The notes under the pieces are model-generated. The model was not told the origin of the DNA, did no database searches, and was given only the letters and a program-made list of their open reading frames with translations. The position numbers were made by a program, and so were the translations under genes. From a virus (taxonomy: Duplodnaviria; Caudoviricetes), in IMG/VR virus record IMGVR_UViG_3300033481_000001, positions 1 through 63,863 of that record: DNA of 63,863 bases, one strand, 5' to 3'. Of this stretch, positions 47,634 through 56,584 are shown piece after piece; position 1 is the first letter of the stretch, and the number at the start of each line of letters is the position of its first letter.

Positions 47634-48538
47634 GCGGCATTCTCCTTGTCTGCTTGCTGCTCGGCTTGCACGGCTTCCAGTTCGAGCGCTTCCATGTCGA
47701 TGACTGGGATGGCAACGCACCGGCAGTTGATTGCCTCGCCTGGGTTCACCGGCTCATCGTCGATGATTGGCGGGTCATCCCAACGGAACTCTTTCCCATC
47801 AACCGCCGCGTGGCTCTCCCGCACGCGCTCATCCTGGCTCGTGCTCCATTCGTACTTCTCGATGCCAACCTGCTGCTGGCGCTCCTGGTTGAACGCCGAG
47901 TTCATCTTCGCCGTCTGATCGCGGGCGATGAGCTTCGCGCGGCTTTCGGTGACGTCCCCGTCATGCTGAATCTGCTCGACGAGCGACTCCCAGCGCACGC
48001 CCTCCGTCCAGCTGTTTGACACCGTCTCGATCACGCGGCCGAAGTACTGCTCAGTGATAGACTTGATCAGCGCAACGTTGGCCTGGATAGCCTCGCGCAT
48101 GGAATGCAGCAGGGGCCCGTTGGCGTGTAGGACGCGCGAGACATCGACGCCCACCGCCTCGCGGATGACTCGCGCCAGACGTGCGTCCACGCTGTCCCGG
48201 TTGGCCTCTGCTGCGATGCCGGCCATCTTCTTGGCCCAGACATCTAGGTTGCCAAGCTTGCGAGCAGCCGCGCGCAGGTGCGCGAAGATATCAGGCGGGG
48301 CCGAGTCGGTAATGAAACCATCGGACGTCGGCGCCCGCCAATGAACCTTGACGTCGGCCATGGCGGCATCGACCAGCCGCCGGCAGTGACGCACGAGCGA
48401 GAGAAGCGCAGCCTTGTACCCGAGCTCTGCCCGAGCGTTCGGGACTACCGGCCGAAGTCGCCTCTGCTGGCGTGCATTCCCGTGGCGTTTTCGATGACCG
48501 CGGTTTGCAGATGCCAAGAGGGCGATATGTAGCGCCAC
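47630..48538 (-). CDS. Head morphogenesis protein (Mu F / SPP1 gp7)
   Basis: LIARDQ, DERVRESH, PGEAINCRC. Confidence 0.92.
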   Translation of the reverse strand: MALHIALLASANRGHRKRHGNARQQRRLRPVVPNARAELGYKAALLSLVRHCRRLVDAAMADVKVHWRAPTSDGFITDSAPPDIFAHLRAAARKLGNLDVWAKKMAGIAAEANRDSVDARLARVIREAVGVDVSRVLHANGPLLHSMREAIQANVALIKSITEQYFGRVIETVSNSWTEGVRWESLVEQIQHDGDVTESRAKLIARDQTAKMNSAFNQERQQQVGIEKYEWSTSQDERVRESHAAVDGKEFRWDDPPIIDDEPVNPGEAINCRCVAIPVIDMEALELEAVQAEQQADKENAA

Positions 48539-48544
48539 GCACAG

Positions 48545-48634
48545 ATAATGGACACGTACAGGTTGCCACGGCAATACACTGCATTAGGACATGAGATATA
48601 AGGTATTGACATTGCGATAAAGTCGTGCCACTTT
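48545..48634. promoter_or_regulatory. Back-to-back divergent leaderless promoters
   Basis: Minus: TTGCCG-N18-CATTAT-N6-GTG(48538); plus: TTGACA-N17-CACTTT-N6-ATG(48641). Confidence 0.7.
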
Positions 48635-48640
48635 CGTCGC

Positions 48641-48841
48641 ATGGACGAAACGCAGCATGTCCCTCCACTGACCACCGAAGAGCACGAAGCAATCAAGGCG
48701 CTCGTCGCCCAGAGCGGCTACGCCAAAACGGCGCGCAGGATACGTGTCAGCTATCATGTTCTCCTGCGCGCGATCGGCGGGCTCGGATTGCGCGACGGTA
48801 GCGTGCTGATGATTCGGAGAGGCTTGGCGGGGAACCCGTAG
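48641..48841 (+). CDS. Small HTH-like regulator
   Basis: GYAKTARRIRVSYHVLLRA. Confidence 0.55.
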   Translation: MDETQHVPPLTTEEHEAIKALVAQSGYAKTARRIRVSYHVLLRAIGGLGLRDGSVLMIRRGLAGNP

Positions 48842-48843
48842 CA

Positions 48844-49590
48844 ATGGCCGTCGATCTCTACATGTTGTGCTTCCCACGCGACTACCCATGGCTGACGTAC
48901 TACCTGCGATCAGTCGACAAGTACGCGCGCGTGTTCTTCCGCGAACTGGTGCTCGTCATCGAGGAACAGGACCCTCCGCCCAAGAAGTTGCCGGGCTACG
49001 TCCGCATCGAGCGATGCCGCAACTACCGCGGAACCGACGTTGCCGGGTACGCCGGCCAGGCCATCGAGTGCCTACGCGCTCACGAGCGCACGGATGCCGA
49101 CGTAATCTGGTTCGCCGAGGCTGACACGCCATTCATCCGGTACATGTCGGCGTGGCCGACGCGCAAGCCTCCGTTGGTGTACCTGCCCTGGGACAAACTC
49201 GGGCCTGAGAAGAGCGGGCTCGGCGACCCTGGCGCTACCATCTGGCGGGAGCGCACAGAGCTGCTCACCGGGCTGAAGGCGAAGGTGCACACCACGCTGT
49301 GGCCTCCGTTCGTGTACCCTAGGTGCGTGGTTGAGAAGGCGTGGGATCAAGTTGGTGGAGAGCATCCACTGCGCGAGTATTCAAGGGTGCACGGCTCGAT
49401 CAACCAGCACGACATCCTGGGGACCGTGGCACTCAAGTTCTTCCCTGGCAAGATGCAAGCGTACAGCGGAGCCACCCAGAAGCTGCGCGACAAGATACCG
49501 CGCCCGGTGGTACGCCACTACTGGATGAAGCGCGATCCGAAAGATCCAGAGATTCAGGCTCAACTCAGGAAGGACGGAATCATCACATGA
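48844..49590 (+). CDS. GT-A-like glycosyltransferase
   Basis: TDADVIWFAEAD (DxD-like); paralogue of 51607-52314. Confidence 0.65.
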   Translation: MAVDLYMLCFPRDYPWLTYYLRSVDKYARVFFRELVLVIEEQDPPPKKLPGYVRIERCRNYRGTDVAGYAGQAIECLRAHERTDADVIWFAEADTPFIRYMSAWPTRKPPLVYLPWDKLGPEKSGLGDPGATIWRERTELLTGLKAKVHTTLWPPFVYPRCVVEKAWDQVGGEHPLREYSRVHGSINQHDILGTVALKFFPGKMQAYSGATQKLRDKIPRPVVRHYWMKRDPKDPEIQAQLRKDGIIT

Positions 49591-49615
49591 AACAGTCAAA
49601 GGAGGATGAGTAACC

Positions 49616-49861
49616 ATGCTGACAAACTGCCATAGAAAGAATATCTGCTTCGAGGGCAAGCTCGACGACCTTGACGGTCAGGCGATCAGGAAAGATCCAC
49701 ACGGATTCGGGTGGAGCGTGGCAGCGATGGACAATTGCCAACATGGTTCGCACGAGTCTTTAGAGTTGAGATTCTGCCGCGAATTCTGCGAGGGACTGCG
49801 AGCGCTAGGGCTCAAGGCCGGCGCGGGTCAGCGGCTGCGCGTGACCGTCGAGGTGCTGTAG
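49616..49861 (+). CDS. Hypothetical protein
   Basis: GGAGG upstream; in plus-strand operon. Confidence 0.5.
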   Translation: MLTNCHRKNICFEGKLDDLDGQAIRKDPHGFGWSVAAMDNCQHGSHESLELRFCREFCEGLRALGLKAGAGQRLRVTVEVL

Positions 49862-49863
49862 AC

Positions 49864-50175
49864 ATGGCGACAAAGCATCCAGGCCCGTGGAAGGTATTCG
49901 GCGGCGAGCGAACCGAGGCAATCCTTGACGGCAACGGCGACATCGTCGTGCAGGCGAGGCCGCTTGAGGGCGGACGGGCTGTGCTGGAATTCGGGAGCGA
50001 TGATGCGCGCAACCAGATACTGAACGCGCCAAAGGTGTTTGGTTACTTGGAGAAGTTGGTAGTCGCATGGGACAATGAAAAAGCAAATGATTTCTTCCGC
50101 GCCTTGAAGGATGCAAGAACTCTGTTTGATGAGGAAACGCCAGTCCTCATCGCGCGCCTTGAGGAGACGACATGA
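49864..50175 (+). CDS. Hypothetical phage protein
   Basis: HPGPW...ILNAP phage motif. Confidence 0.55.
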   Translation: MATKHPGPWKVFGGERTEAILDGNGDIVVQARPLEGGRAVLEFGSDDARNQILNAPKVFGYLEKLVVAWDNEKANDFFRALKDARTLFDEETPVLIARLEETT

Positions 50176-50293
50176 AGTGGGACAGTTTCACAACCGGATT
50201 CGTAACTGCATGCGTTGCCCAAGTTGTGCTTTTGTTCCTACGCGGCTTCTTTGGTGCTGCATGGGCAGATTTCAAGCAGTGGAGGAGAAGACG

Positions 50294-51079
50294 ATGAAGT
50301 TCATTCGCGGCACTCTTCCCGGCCTCGAAGGACAGCACGATATCGCCGTCCTCGAAGGCGACACCCACATCTGCAAGTGGATTGCCGAGCACGGCAGGCT
50401 CGACCAGGACGCCAACATGTGGCCGCGCATGGAGCAGCTCGGGCTCATCAACCGCGAGTCAGTGGTGTACGATCTCGGCGCCTACGTTGGCGACTGCACG
50501 GCCTGGTATGCGGCGCGGGCAAATGCCGTGGTGGCGTTCGAGGCGTACGGCGACGCATGCGAGTGTCTCGACCACAACATGGCACCATACATCGAACGAG
50601 GAAATTCTCAGGTGTTCATCGTCCGTAGGCCAGTCGGCAACGATGAGCCAACAATGGCCGATGAGTACAAGAACTATCCGAGCATGCCGGAGAAGCGCGA
50701 GGAAGAGAACAAGGCTTCGCGCAGCATTGTTATGTGCGATCGCTGGATACCAGGAGAGCCAGTCTACACGCTTCGCATCGACGACTTGCTCAAGTGGAAG
50801 CCGGAAATACCACCGCCCACATTCATCAAGCTGGACATCGAGGGATGGGAGGTTCGCGCCTTGCTCGGCGCCGCGGAAACCATCCGCGCCCACCGGCCCG
50901 TCATCCTGTGCGAGGCCAACCGCGCCGCGCTTGAGCGCGCAGGTTCGAGCCTGCAGGAACTGCACGGGTTGATGGTAGGCTTCGGCTACCACATGGTGGA
51001 CTTCTACACCGGCGAAACGTGGCGCCCGAACAACGACGTTGCGTGCTGCGACTTCTTGGCTACTCCGTGGAAACTCTGA
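50294..51079 (+). CDS. FkbM-family SAM methyltransferase
   Basis: YDLGAYVG, VAFEA, FIKLDIEGWEVRALLGA, RPVILCE. Confidence 0.9.
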   Translation: MKFIRGTLPGLEGQHDIAVLEGDTHICKWIAEHGRLDQDANMWPRMEQLGLINRESVVYDLGAYVGDCTAWYAARANAVVAFEAYGDACECLDHNMAPYIERGNSQVFIVRRPVGNDEPTMADEYKNYPSMPEKREEENKASRSIVMCDRWIPGEPVYTLRIDDLLKWKPEIPPPTFIKLDIEGWEVRALLGAAETIRAHRPVILCEANRAALERAGSSLQELHGLMVGFGYHMVDFYTGETWRPNNDVACCDFLATPWKL

Positions 51080-51088
51080 AAGGAACGA

Positions 51089-51478
51089 ATGAGCACACAC
51101 CCGAATGTGATCCTGTACGCTGTCGTAACCGTTGACGGGACTGCTCGCAAGACGATGCGGTCAATCCTCGACGAGGCTGGATGCGGTGAAGGAGACGAGA
51201 TCGACGTCATCACCGGGAAGCGACGGGTGTCTCTCGGAGACAAGGTGCTGCTTGCCGTCGTTCCACTCGTCATGGAAGAAGACTATGACGAAGGCTGGCA
51301 GATTGGCGCAAAGGAAGGATGCCTAGTCTTCCACGACCTGGTTACCTACGGCTATGGCGAGTCTCTTAGCTGGGATGAGCTGTCGGCCAAGAAAGAGGCG
51401 CTCGAAGCATGGTGCCGTGGCATCTGCGAGCGACACAAGTGCACCTTCGAGATTCGCGTGTCTGCGAACTACTGGTAG
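51089..51478 (+). CDS. Hypothetical protein
   Basis: AAGGA RBS, 129 aa. Confidence 0.65.
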   Translation: MSTHPNVILYAVVTVDGTARKTMRSILDEAGCGEGDEIDVITGKRRVSLGDKVLLAVVPLVMEEDYDEGWQIGAKEGCLVFHDLVTYGYGESLSWDELSAKKEALEAWCRGICERHKCTFEIRVSANYW

Positions 51479-51606
51479 AGTGTGAAAGGAAATGACGTGA
51501 TCGTGTACAATTCCGAACGAACCGAGAAACTGATTGGCCTGCTTGCAGGTATGGCGCTTGGCGTGCTCGCCGGGATTGCGCTGCTGACCATTCTCGCTGG
51601 GTAACC

Positions 51607-52314
51607 ATGGCCAAAACCGTCGACATCTTCGTCCGCACGTACATCAAGGACTACGCGTGGCTGCGCTACCTATGGCGCTCGATGCTCAAGCACGGCGTGA
51701 CCGGGTTCCGCCGAATCGTCATCGTGCACCCGCCCGGGCAGTACGCGCCTGAGCCGCCACCGTTCCCGCACGTCATCGTCGCCGAGGATAGGACGTACTC
51801 GAACGACTACTACGGCCAGATGATCACGAAGATGCGCGCTGCCGAGTACACGGATGCGGACGAGGTCGTGTACCTGGACAGCGATTGCGTCTTCATCTGT
51901 CCGGTGGACTTCCAGACGTGGAAGGCGCCGCTCCTCACCACGCCATGGGATGAAGTCGGATCGGCCATCTGCTGGAAAAGCGCCGTTGAGACGATGCTCG
52001 GCTTCGTGTCGCCGTTCGAGACGATGCGCGGGTTCCCGTTCTCCTACCCGAGCGATTTCATCGCCGAGGTGATGGCGCACGTCGGTGGAGTCGAGCGCCT
52101 CGTCAGGATGATCGATGCGTGGGTGCTACGTCCTGGGCATCACCCGATCATCGAGTTCGACGCCCTTGGGAACTACGCCGTCATGCGGTGCCCAGAGCGC
52201 TTTTGGATCGTGCCGACGGGCCCGGGCATGCCGCCTTCGGTGATCAAGCAGTTCTGGAGCTGGGGCGGGTTCACGACTGCCGTGATTGAGGAACTGGGAA
52301 GGATGGGACTGTGA
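51607..52314 (+). CDS. GT-A-like glycosyltransferase
   Basis: YTDADEVVYLDSDCVF DxD motif; EFDALG; QFWSWGG. Confidence 0.75.
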   Translation: MAKTVDIFVRTYIKDYAWLRYLWRSMLKHGVTGFRRIVIVHPPGQYAPEPPPFPHVIVAEDRTYSNDYYGQMITKMRAAEYTDADEVVYLDSDCVFICPVDFQTWKAPLLTTPWDEVGSAICWKSAVETMLGFVSPFETMRGFPFSYPSDFIAEVMAHVGGVERLVRMIDAWVLRPGHHPIIEFDALGNYAVMRCPERFWIVPTGPGMPPSVIKQFWSWGGFTTAVIEELGRMGL

Positions 52315-52468
52315 CCCAACTCCGATTCGGTGCCATGCTATCGCTTTGGGCATGGTACGTCACGGTTGCATTCTTTAGCCCGACTGGCGTTGCGTTTTTC
52401 TGTTGGATCACTGGTATCTCTGCCCTCATCGCTGCATGCTTGCTTTCCGTCCAACGTCTCGGTGACAA

Positions 52469-53428
52469 ATGACCAAGCCACGCCCACTCAAACCAATCCC
52501 ACTCCCGCCCGTCCTGAGCAAAGGACGTCGGCACAAGCACATGATCGAAAACCACCCCATGGGCGTGACGGTAGCGGCCAACATGGCGATCGAGGATGCT
52601 CGCAGGCGCATGGTGCTCGAACACCACCCGATGAAGCTCGGCATTGCGATCCAGTTCTGGAAGGGCGACAAGGCGGAAGCGCTCAGGCTGGCTAGATTCC
52701 TCGCCGACCTTGAGCCGCATCACCGAGGAGATGTGCTGCTCATCCTGGCCAGCCGATTCGACATCCCAGAGACCGACCAGGACGTGCGCGACGCTGCTTT
52801 CTACTGCGGGCGCAAGTTCGCTACCACGCACCTGCGCAGCGGGCGCATCGCCGAGGGCCACCCGGCCGGCTGCTTCGGCCTTTGGGCTGGCACGGCGGAG
52901 CGTTGCTACGAGCTCTATTCCGAGAAGGGATGGCCGCTAGAAAACGTGCTTTTCGTCGAGGCAGACGGCGTGCCGACGCGCTTCGATTGGATCGACTGGT
53001 TCAAGTCGCTGCACCAGAAAAACCTGGACTCCGGCAGCAGGATCACCGGCTATCGCATGGAGGGAAGCCGAGACTACCCACCGCACATCAACGGCTCGCT
53101 CTGCATGCACATGAGCGCGTGGCCAGACTACCCAAGCCTCCACCGGTGCCCTGGCAACCAGGCATGGGACTGCTTCCATGGTCAGGTCCTGCTTGGCGAG
53201 GCTGGACGATCTCCTGGTGTCTGCAACCTGTACGGGGCCCACGACTTGAGCATGTCTGTGTTCAAGACGCTCGCGCGTGACTACGCGTGGGTGTCCAGCG
53301 TGAAGGATGAGAGTGCCTGGGAATGCGCGCAGACGCTCTTGCCTAAGAACTGGAAGAAGCTCGCGAAGACCGTCCAGCCACCCAAGGCAACGCCAGGACT
53401 GCGCAATGCGCTGGCGAGGAAGCGGTAG
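52469..53428 (+). CDS. Putative glycosyltransferase-like protein
   Basis: GHPAGC, LFVEADGVP, HINGS. Confidence 0.6.
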   Translation: MTKPRPLKPIPLPPVLSKGRRHKHMIENHPMGVTVAANMAIEDARRRMVLEHHPMKLGIAIQFWKGDKAEALRLARFLADLEPHHRGDVLLILASRFDIPETDQDVRDAAFYCGRKFATTHLRSGRIAEGHPAGCFGLWAGTAERCYELYSEKGWPLENVLFVEADGVPTRFDWIDWFKSLHQKNLDSGSRITGYRMEGSRDYPPHINGSLCMHMSAWPDYPSLHRCPGNQAWDCFHGQVLLGEAGRSPGVCNLYGAHDLSMSVFKTLARDYAWVSSVKDESAWECAQTLLPKNWKKLAKTVQPPKATPGLRNALARKR

Positions 53429-54067
53429 GTGCAAACACTCCGCATCCTGCACAACCTAGCCCGCACGGGCGGCACCATCATCTCTAGGTGCCTCGCCTGC
53501 ATGGATGGCGTGGCGTTGCTGTCGGAGGTCCACCCGACGCTAGGCGGCCCATGGAACGATGCCAGCACGCAGGCGCGCGACTGGTACGGCGTCGAGGTGC
53601 CAGCTGGTCTGCCTTTCGTCGACACGATCGCTGCTCTTGAGGAAGCATTCCGCTCGCGCGGGATGACGCTTGTCCTGCGCTCGTGGGACCACGTCGACTT
53701 CGTGCCGAGCAGCCACAACCAGACTCCGGCCATGCGTTCCACAATCGTTGACGCGCTAGACGCACGCTTCTCATTGCTGCGCGCCAAGGTCGAGCGCGAA
53801 GACCGACTCGCCCAGCTTGCTAGCCTAGAGAAGTTCGGCGAGCCATGCGGCGCGCTTGCCTTCGCCCGCGGGCTGGTCGAATTCTCTTGGATGGACGTGC
53901 CAGGCACCACATACGAACGCTTCCTAGAGCGCCCAGGCTTCACGCTGGAATGGTTGTGCAGCGTCCTCGCCTTGCCCTTCGATCGTGCCTGGGAGAGCAA
54001 GTGGCAGCGCTACACGCACGTCACAGGTGACATCGAGAATCAGCTAGCCAAGACGGCCATCGGGTGA
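53429..54067 (+). CDS. Sulfotransferase
   Basis: HNLARTGGTIISRCL PAPS-binding loop, LLSEVHP, YERFLERP. Confidence 0.8.
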   Translation: MQTLRILHNLARTGGTIISRCLACMDGVALLSEVHPTLGGPWNDASTQARDWYGVEVPAGLPFVDTIAALEEAFRSRGMTLVLRSWDHVDFVPSSHNQTPAMRSTIVDALDARFSLLRAKVEREDRLAQLASLEKFGEPCGALAFARGLVEFSWMDVPGTTYERFLERPGFTLEWLCSVLALPFDRAWESKWQRYTHVTGDIENQLAKTAIG

Positions 54068-54150
54068 TACGATTTCAGGTGTTCCAACTTGTGACCCCGC
54101 TAACAAGCTCGATCGCATGTGTTCCTCCCTTCCTTGGCTCCATCACGCGG

Positions 54151-54220
54151 GCGCCATCCCAGGACCGGCTTAGCCCGGTGTGATTCGCGAGAGTCACCTA
54201 AGGCGCAGAACCCTGGGGAT
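54151..54220. ncRNA. Candidate pseudoknotted structured RNA
   Basis: Outer stem, two inner hairpins and loop complementarity in a convergent intergenic gap. Confidence 0.35.
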
Positions 54221-54229
54221 TTCGCTCGT

Positions 54230-54940
54230 CTAGACGTTTGCGATCTTGTGCAGGCGGAAGTTGCAGTCGAGCACGGTGATGTCGGTTTTGTTCGTCTTGT
54301 TCGCGACCTTAGCCCAGACGCGATCTCCTGCGGTTACCGTGATCGGCCCGTTCGCGATGGGCGCTGCGGTTGCCCCTGCGATCTCGATGGATGACAGTGT
54401 GTTTATGGCCTCTGTCGTCTCGACGCTGATCACGAACTGGAACAGCTTCGCCGATGCCGATGCGGTGGCGCAAATTCGGAACTGCGCCTCATAGATTCCG
54501 TCTGAGCCCTCGCCAGCTCGAAGGTGAGCAGGTACCTTCACCAGCCCAGACGATGCCCCCGCGCCCGCCGCGTACGGGATGTCGTCGCAGAAGAAATCCG
54601 TCTCGCTGATCCGAGTGACCCGAGTCGGCTTGTCATGCAACGCGCTGTTCATGTTCACGAGCATCACAAGATCGCCATCGATGAGTAGGTGAGCGGTGGA
54701 GCAGTTCACCCGCAGACGTGGTGCTCCGTTTGCCTCGCTGGCCACGTTTGCGCAGATCCTACCTGGGTTGAACGTCCATCCTACCAGCGTCCCGGGCAGG
54801 ATGTCGTCTGCCGACGGGGACATCAACCCGTGCCACACGTCCTTTACGACGATGCCGAAAGCATAGGAGCGGGCAGCGCTGTAGAACTCCCCTACTCTCG
54901 GGGTCCACGCATTGCGTACAGGTACACCAGCGATTCCCAT
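54230..54940 (-). CDS. Beta-rich putative virion protein
   Basis: GGGAGG RBS; follows portal; AHLLIDGDLV. Confidence 0.6.
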   Translation of the reverse strand: MGIAGVPVRNAWTPRVGEFYSAARSYAFGIVVKDVWHGLMSPSADDILPGTLVGWTFNPGRICANVASEANGAPRLRVNCSTAHLLIDGDLVMLVNMNSALHDKPTRVTRISETDFFCDDIPYAAGAGASSGLVKVPAHLRAGEGSDGIYEAQFRICATASASAKLFQFVISVETTEAINTLSSIEIAGATAAPIANGPITVTAGDRVWAKVANKTNKTDITVLDCNFRLHKIANV

Positions 54941-54997
54941 CGAAAACCTCCCTACACATGTCACCTGCACCGAGCAGGTTTCGTACTGCTGCTTGTA

Positions 54998-56581
54998 CTA
55001 CGCGGAACCCTTGGCGGCTGGTGCGATCTCTTCCTCGATAGGTTGGATCGCCTTAGCCGGCTTGCCGAATTGCCCGCCCTGCGCGGCCATGGCCTCTGCA
55101 TTCGCGTCTTCCTGCTCCTGCGCGGCCTCGGCCAGCTCGGCAACCTGGTCCACCTCTTCCTGTGTGACCGTCGTGTAGACGTTGAGTTCCTTGTTCTCGC
55201 GCGCGACGGTAGCGGGTGACACGATGCCATCCTGCAGCCGAATGTGGTCGGCATTGGCCCGGTTCAGGTTGATCGTGCTCTTCTCCACGTCCGACGCCTG
55301 CCAGAGCGGGCGATACTGGATCGTGAACCCAGGCGGCAAGTAGCCGAACTCGTGGCGGGCGACGCATTCAAGCAGGGCAAGGTGGTTCGGCTTGAGCTCC
55401 GTCTCACGCGCCGCCGAGATGTCATCGTAGTAGTTGCGTTGGCTCGCGTCTCCGGTGGCGTTCAGGCCGGACGGCTCATCGCCGAACAGCACCGAGACGG
55501 GGTAGCCCGTCGAGCCGGCGACTTCCTTCATGGCCTTCTCCCAAATCTTGTCCAGGCCGGCGAACGAAAAAGTCAGCTGCTTGTGCTCCTCGGTGTCCTT
55601 GTCGAATACCCAGAGGTTGTACATCGAGGCGAGGCGCGCAGATGCGGCGTACCGTGCGCCCATCGCTGCCGCGCCTTCCGAGTCGGCTAGCTCCCGCGCC
55701 GCTCCCTTGGCCATCACGACGTCTTGCCGAGCCTTCGGAATGAGCGCCGAGATCGCCCCGGTCATCGATTCGTACTGCTTGAGTGAGTCCACGAGCACCT
55801 GCAGGATACTGTCGTGCCAGCCGCCATTCGCGCGCCAGGTCCACCACGGAATCTTCGCGCCGTCGAAGCGCACGCAGCGCGACCAGTGCACACGTTGGCC
55901 CATCAGCCCGCCGTCGCTGGACAGGATGTGAAATTCTGGGCTGCCGCAGTTCGGGTTTTCGCTCCCGTCTGGGGCCATCAGCTGCTCATCCATCACGCCG
56001 TCGTGAGCAGCCCGCCAACGGTCGTAGACGCGCAGGAACGCAAGCCCGCCTTTCTTGATGCCAGAGTAGTCGATCGCTCCGTCCTTGATCGGCAACGGGT
56101 CGGTGAGCAGCTGCCCCTTGATGCCGATCACGATGACGCTACCGCCAAAGAGCCGCGACCACTTGAGCGCCTCCAAGATCTTCTCGTCGACCTTGAACCG
56201 CAAGGCGCTCTGCCGTAGCTGGTCGGCCTGGGTCTGCTCGTCGCCTTTCTTCTCGCCCATCCCCTCCCAAATCGGGTCCCAACCCGCTCTCAACATGTCG
56301 TGCGGCTTCTTGTCGATGATCTTTTTCGCCAGCCAGCTCGACCGGTGAACGTTCATCAGCGATTGCCAGTTCTCGGTGAGCGCAACCATCCACTCCGTGG
56401 CCGTCGTCGGATCGTTCGCGCCGCCCTGGCCGGTCATCCAGTTGACGATGCCGTCGAAAGCAACCTTGCCGCCTGGGCCGTAGCATGGCTCGGATGATGC
56501 GGACTCATCGCGCGTTACCGTCGGCGCTGGCACATCGGTAACTGTCTCTTGCTTGCGTCGTAGGAATCGCGGAATCCACAT
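54998..56581 (-). CDS. Portal protein (DUF1073-like)
   Basis: SWLAKKIID, RLFGGS, HWSR, LFGDEPSGLNATG...NYYD, PLWQ. Confidence 0.92.
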   Translation of the reverse strand: MWIPRFLRRKQETVTDVPAPTVTRDESASSEPCYGPGGKVAFDGIVNWMTGQGGANDPTTATEWMVALTENWQSLMNVHRSSWLAKKIIDKKPHDMLRAGWDPIWEGMGEKKGDEQTQADQLRQSALRFKVDEKILEALKWSRLFGGSVIVIGIKGQLLTDPLPIKDGAIDYSGIKKGGLAFLRVYDRWRAAHDGVMDEQLMAPDGSENPNCGSPEFHILSSDGGLMGQRVHWSRCVRFDGAKIPWWTWRANGGWHDSILQVLVDSLKQYESMTGAISALIPKARQDVVMAKGAARELADSEGAAAMGARYAASARLASMYNLWVFDKDTEEHKQLTFSFAGLDKIWEKAMKEVAGSTGYPVSVLFGDEPSGLNATGDASQRNYYDDISAARETELKPNHLALLECVARHEFGYLPPGFTIQYRPLWQASDVEKSTINLNRANADHIRLQDGIVSPATVARENKELNVYTTVTQEEVDQVAELAEAAQEQEDANAEAMAAQGGQFGKPAKAIQPIEEEIAPAAKGSA

Positions 56582-56584
56582 GGG

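Noticed and set aside
54151-54220. Pistol or HDV-like ribozyme assignment
   Set aside because: Superficial similarity only; the pistol A-rich linker and HDV P3/P4 topology are missing.
54998-56581. Anti-CBASS Acb1 label sometimes attached to this family
   Set aside because: Size, motifs and position after TerL indicate a portal protein.
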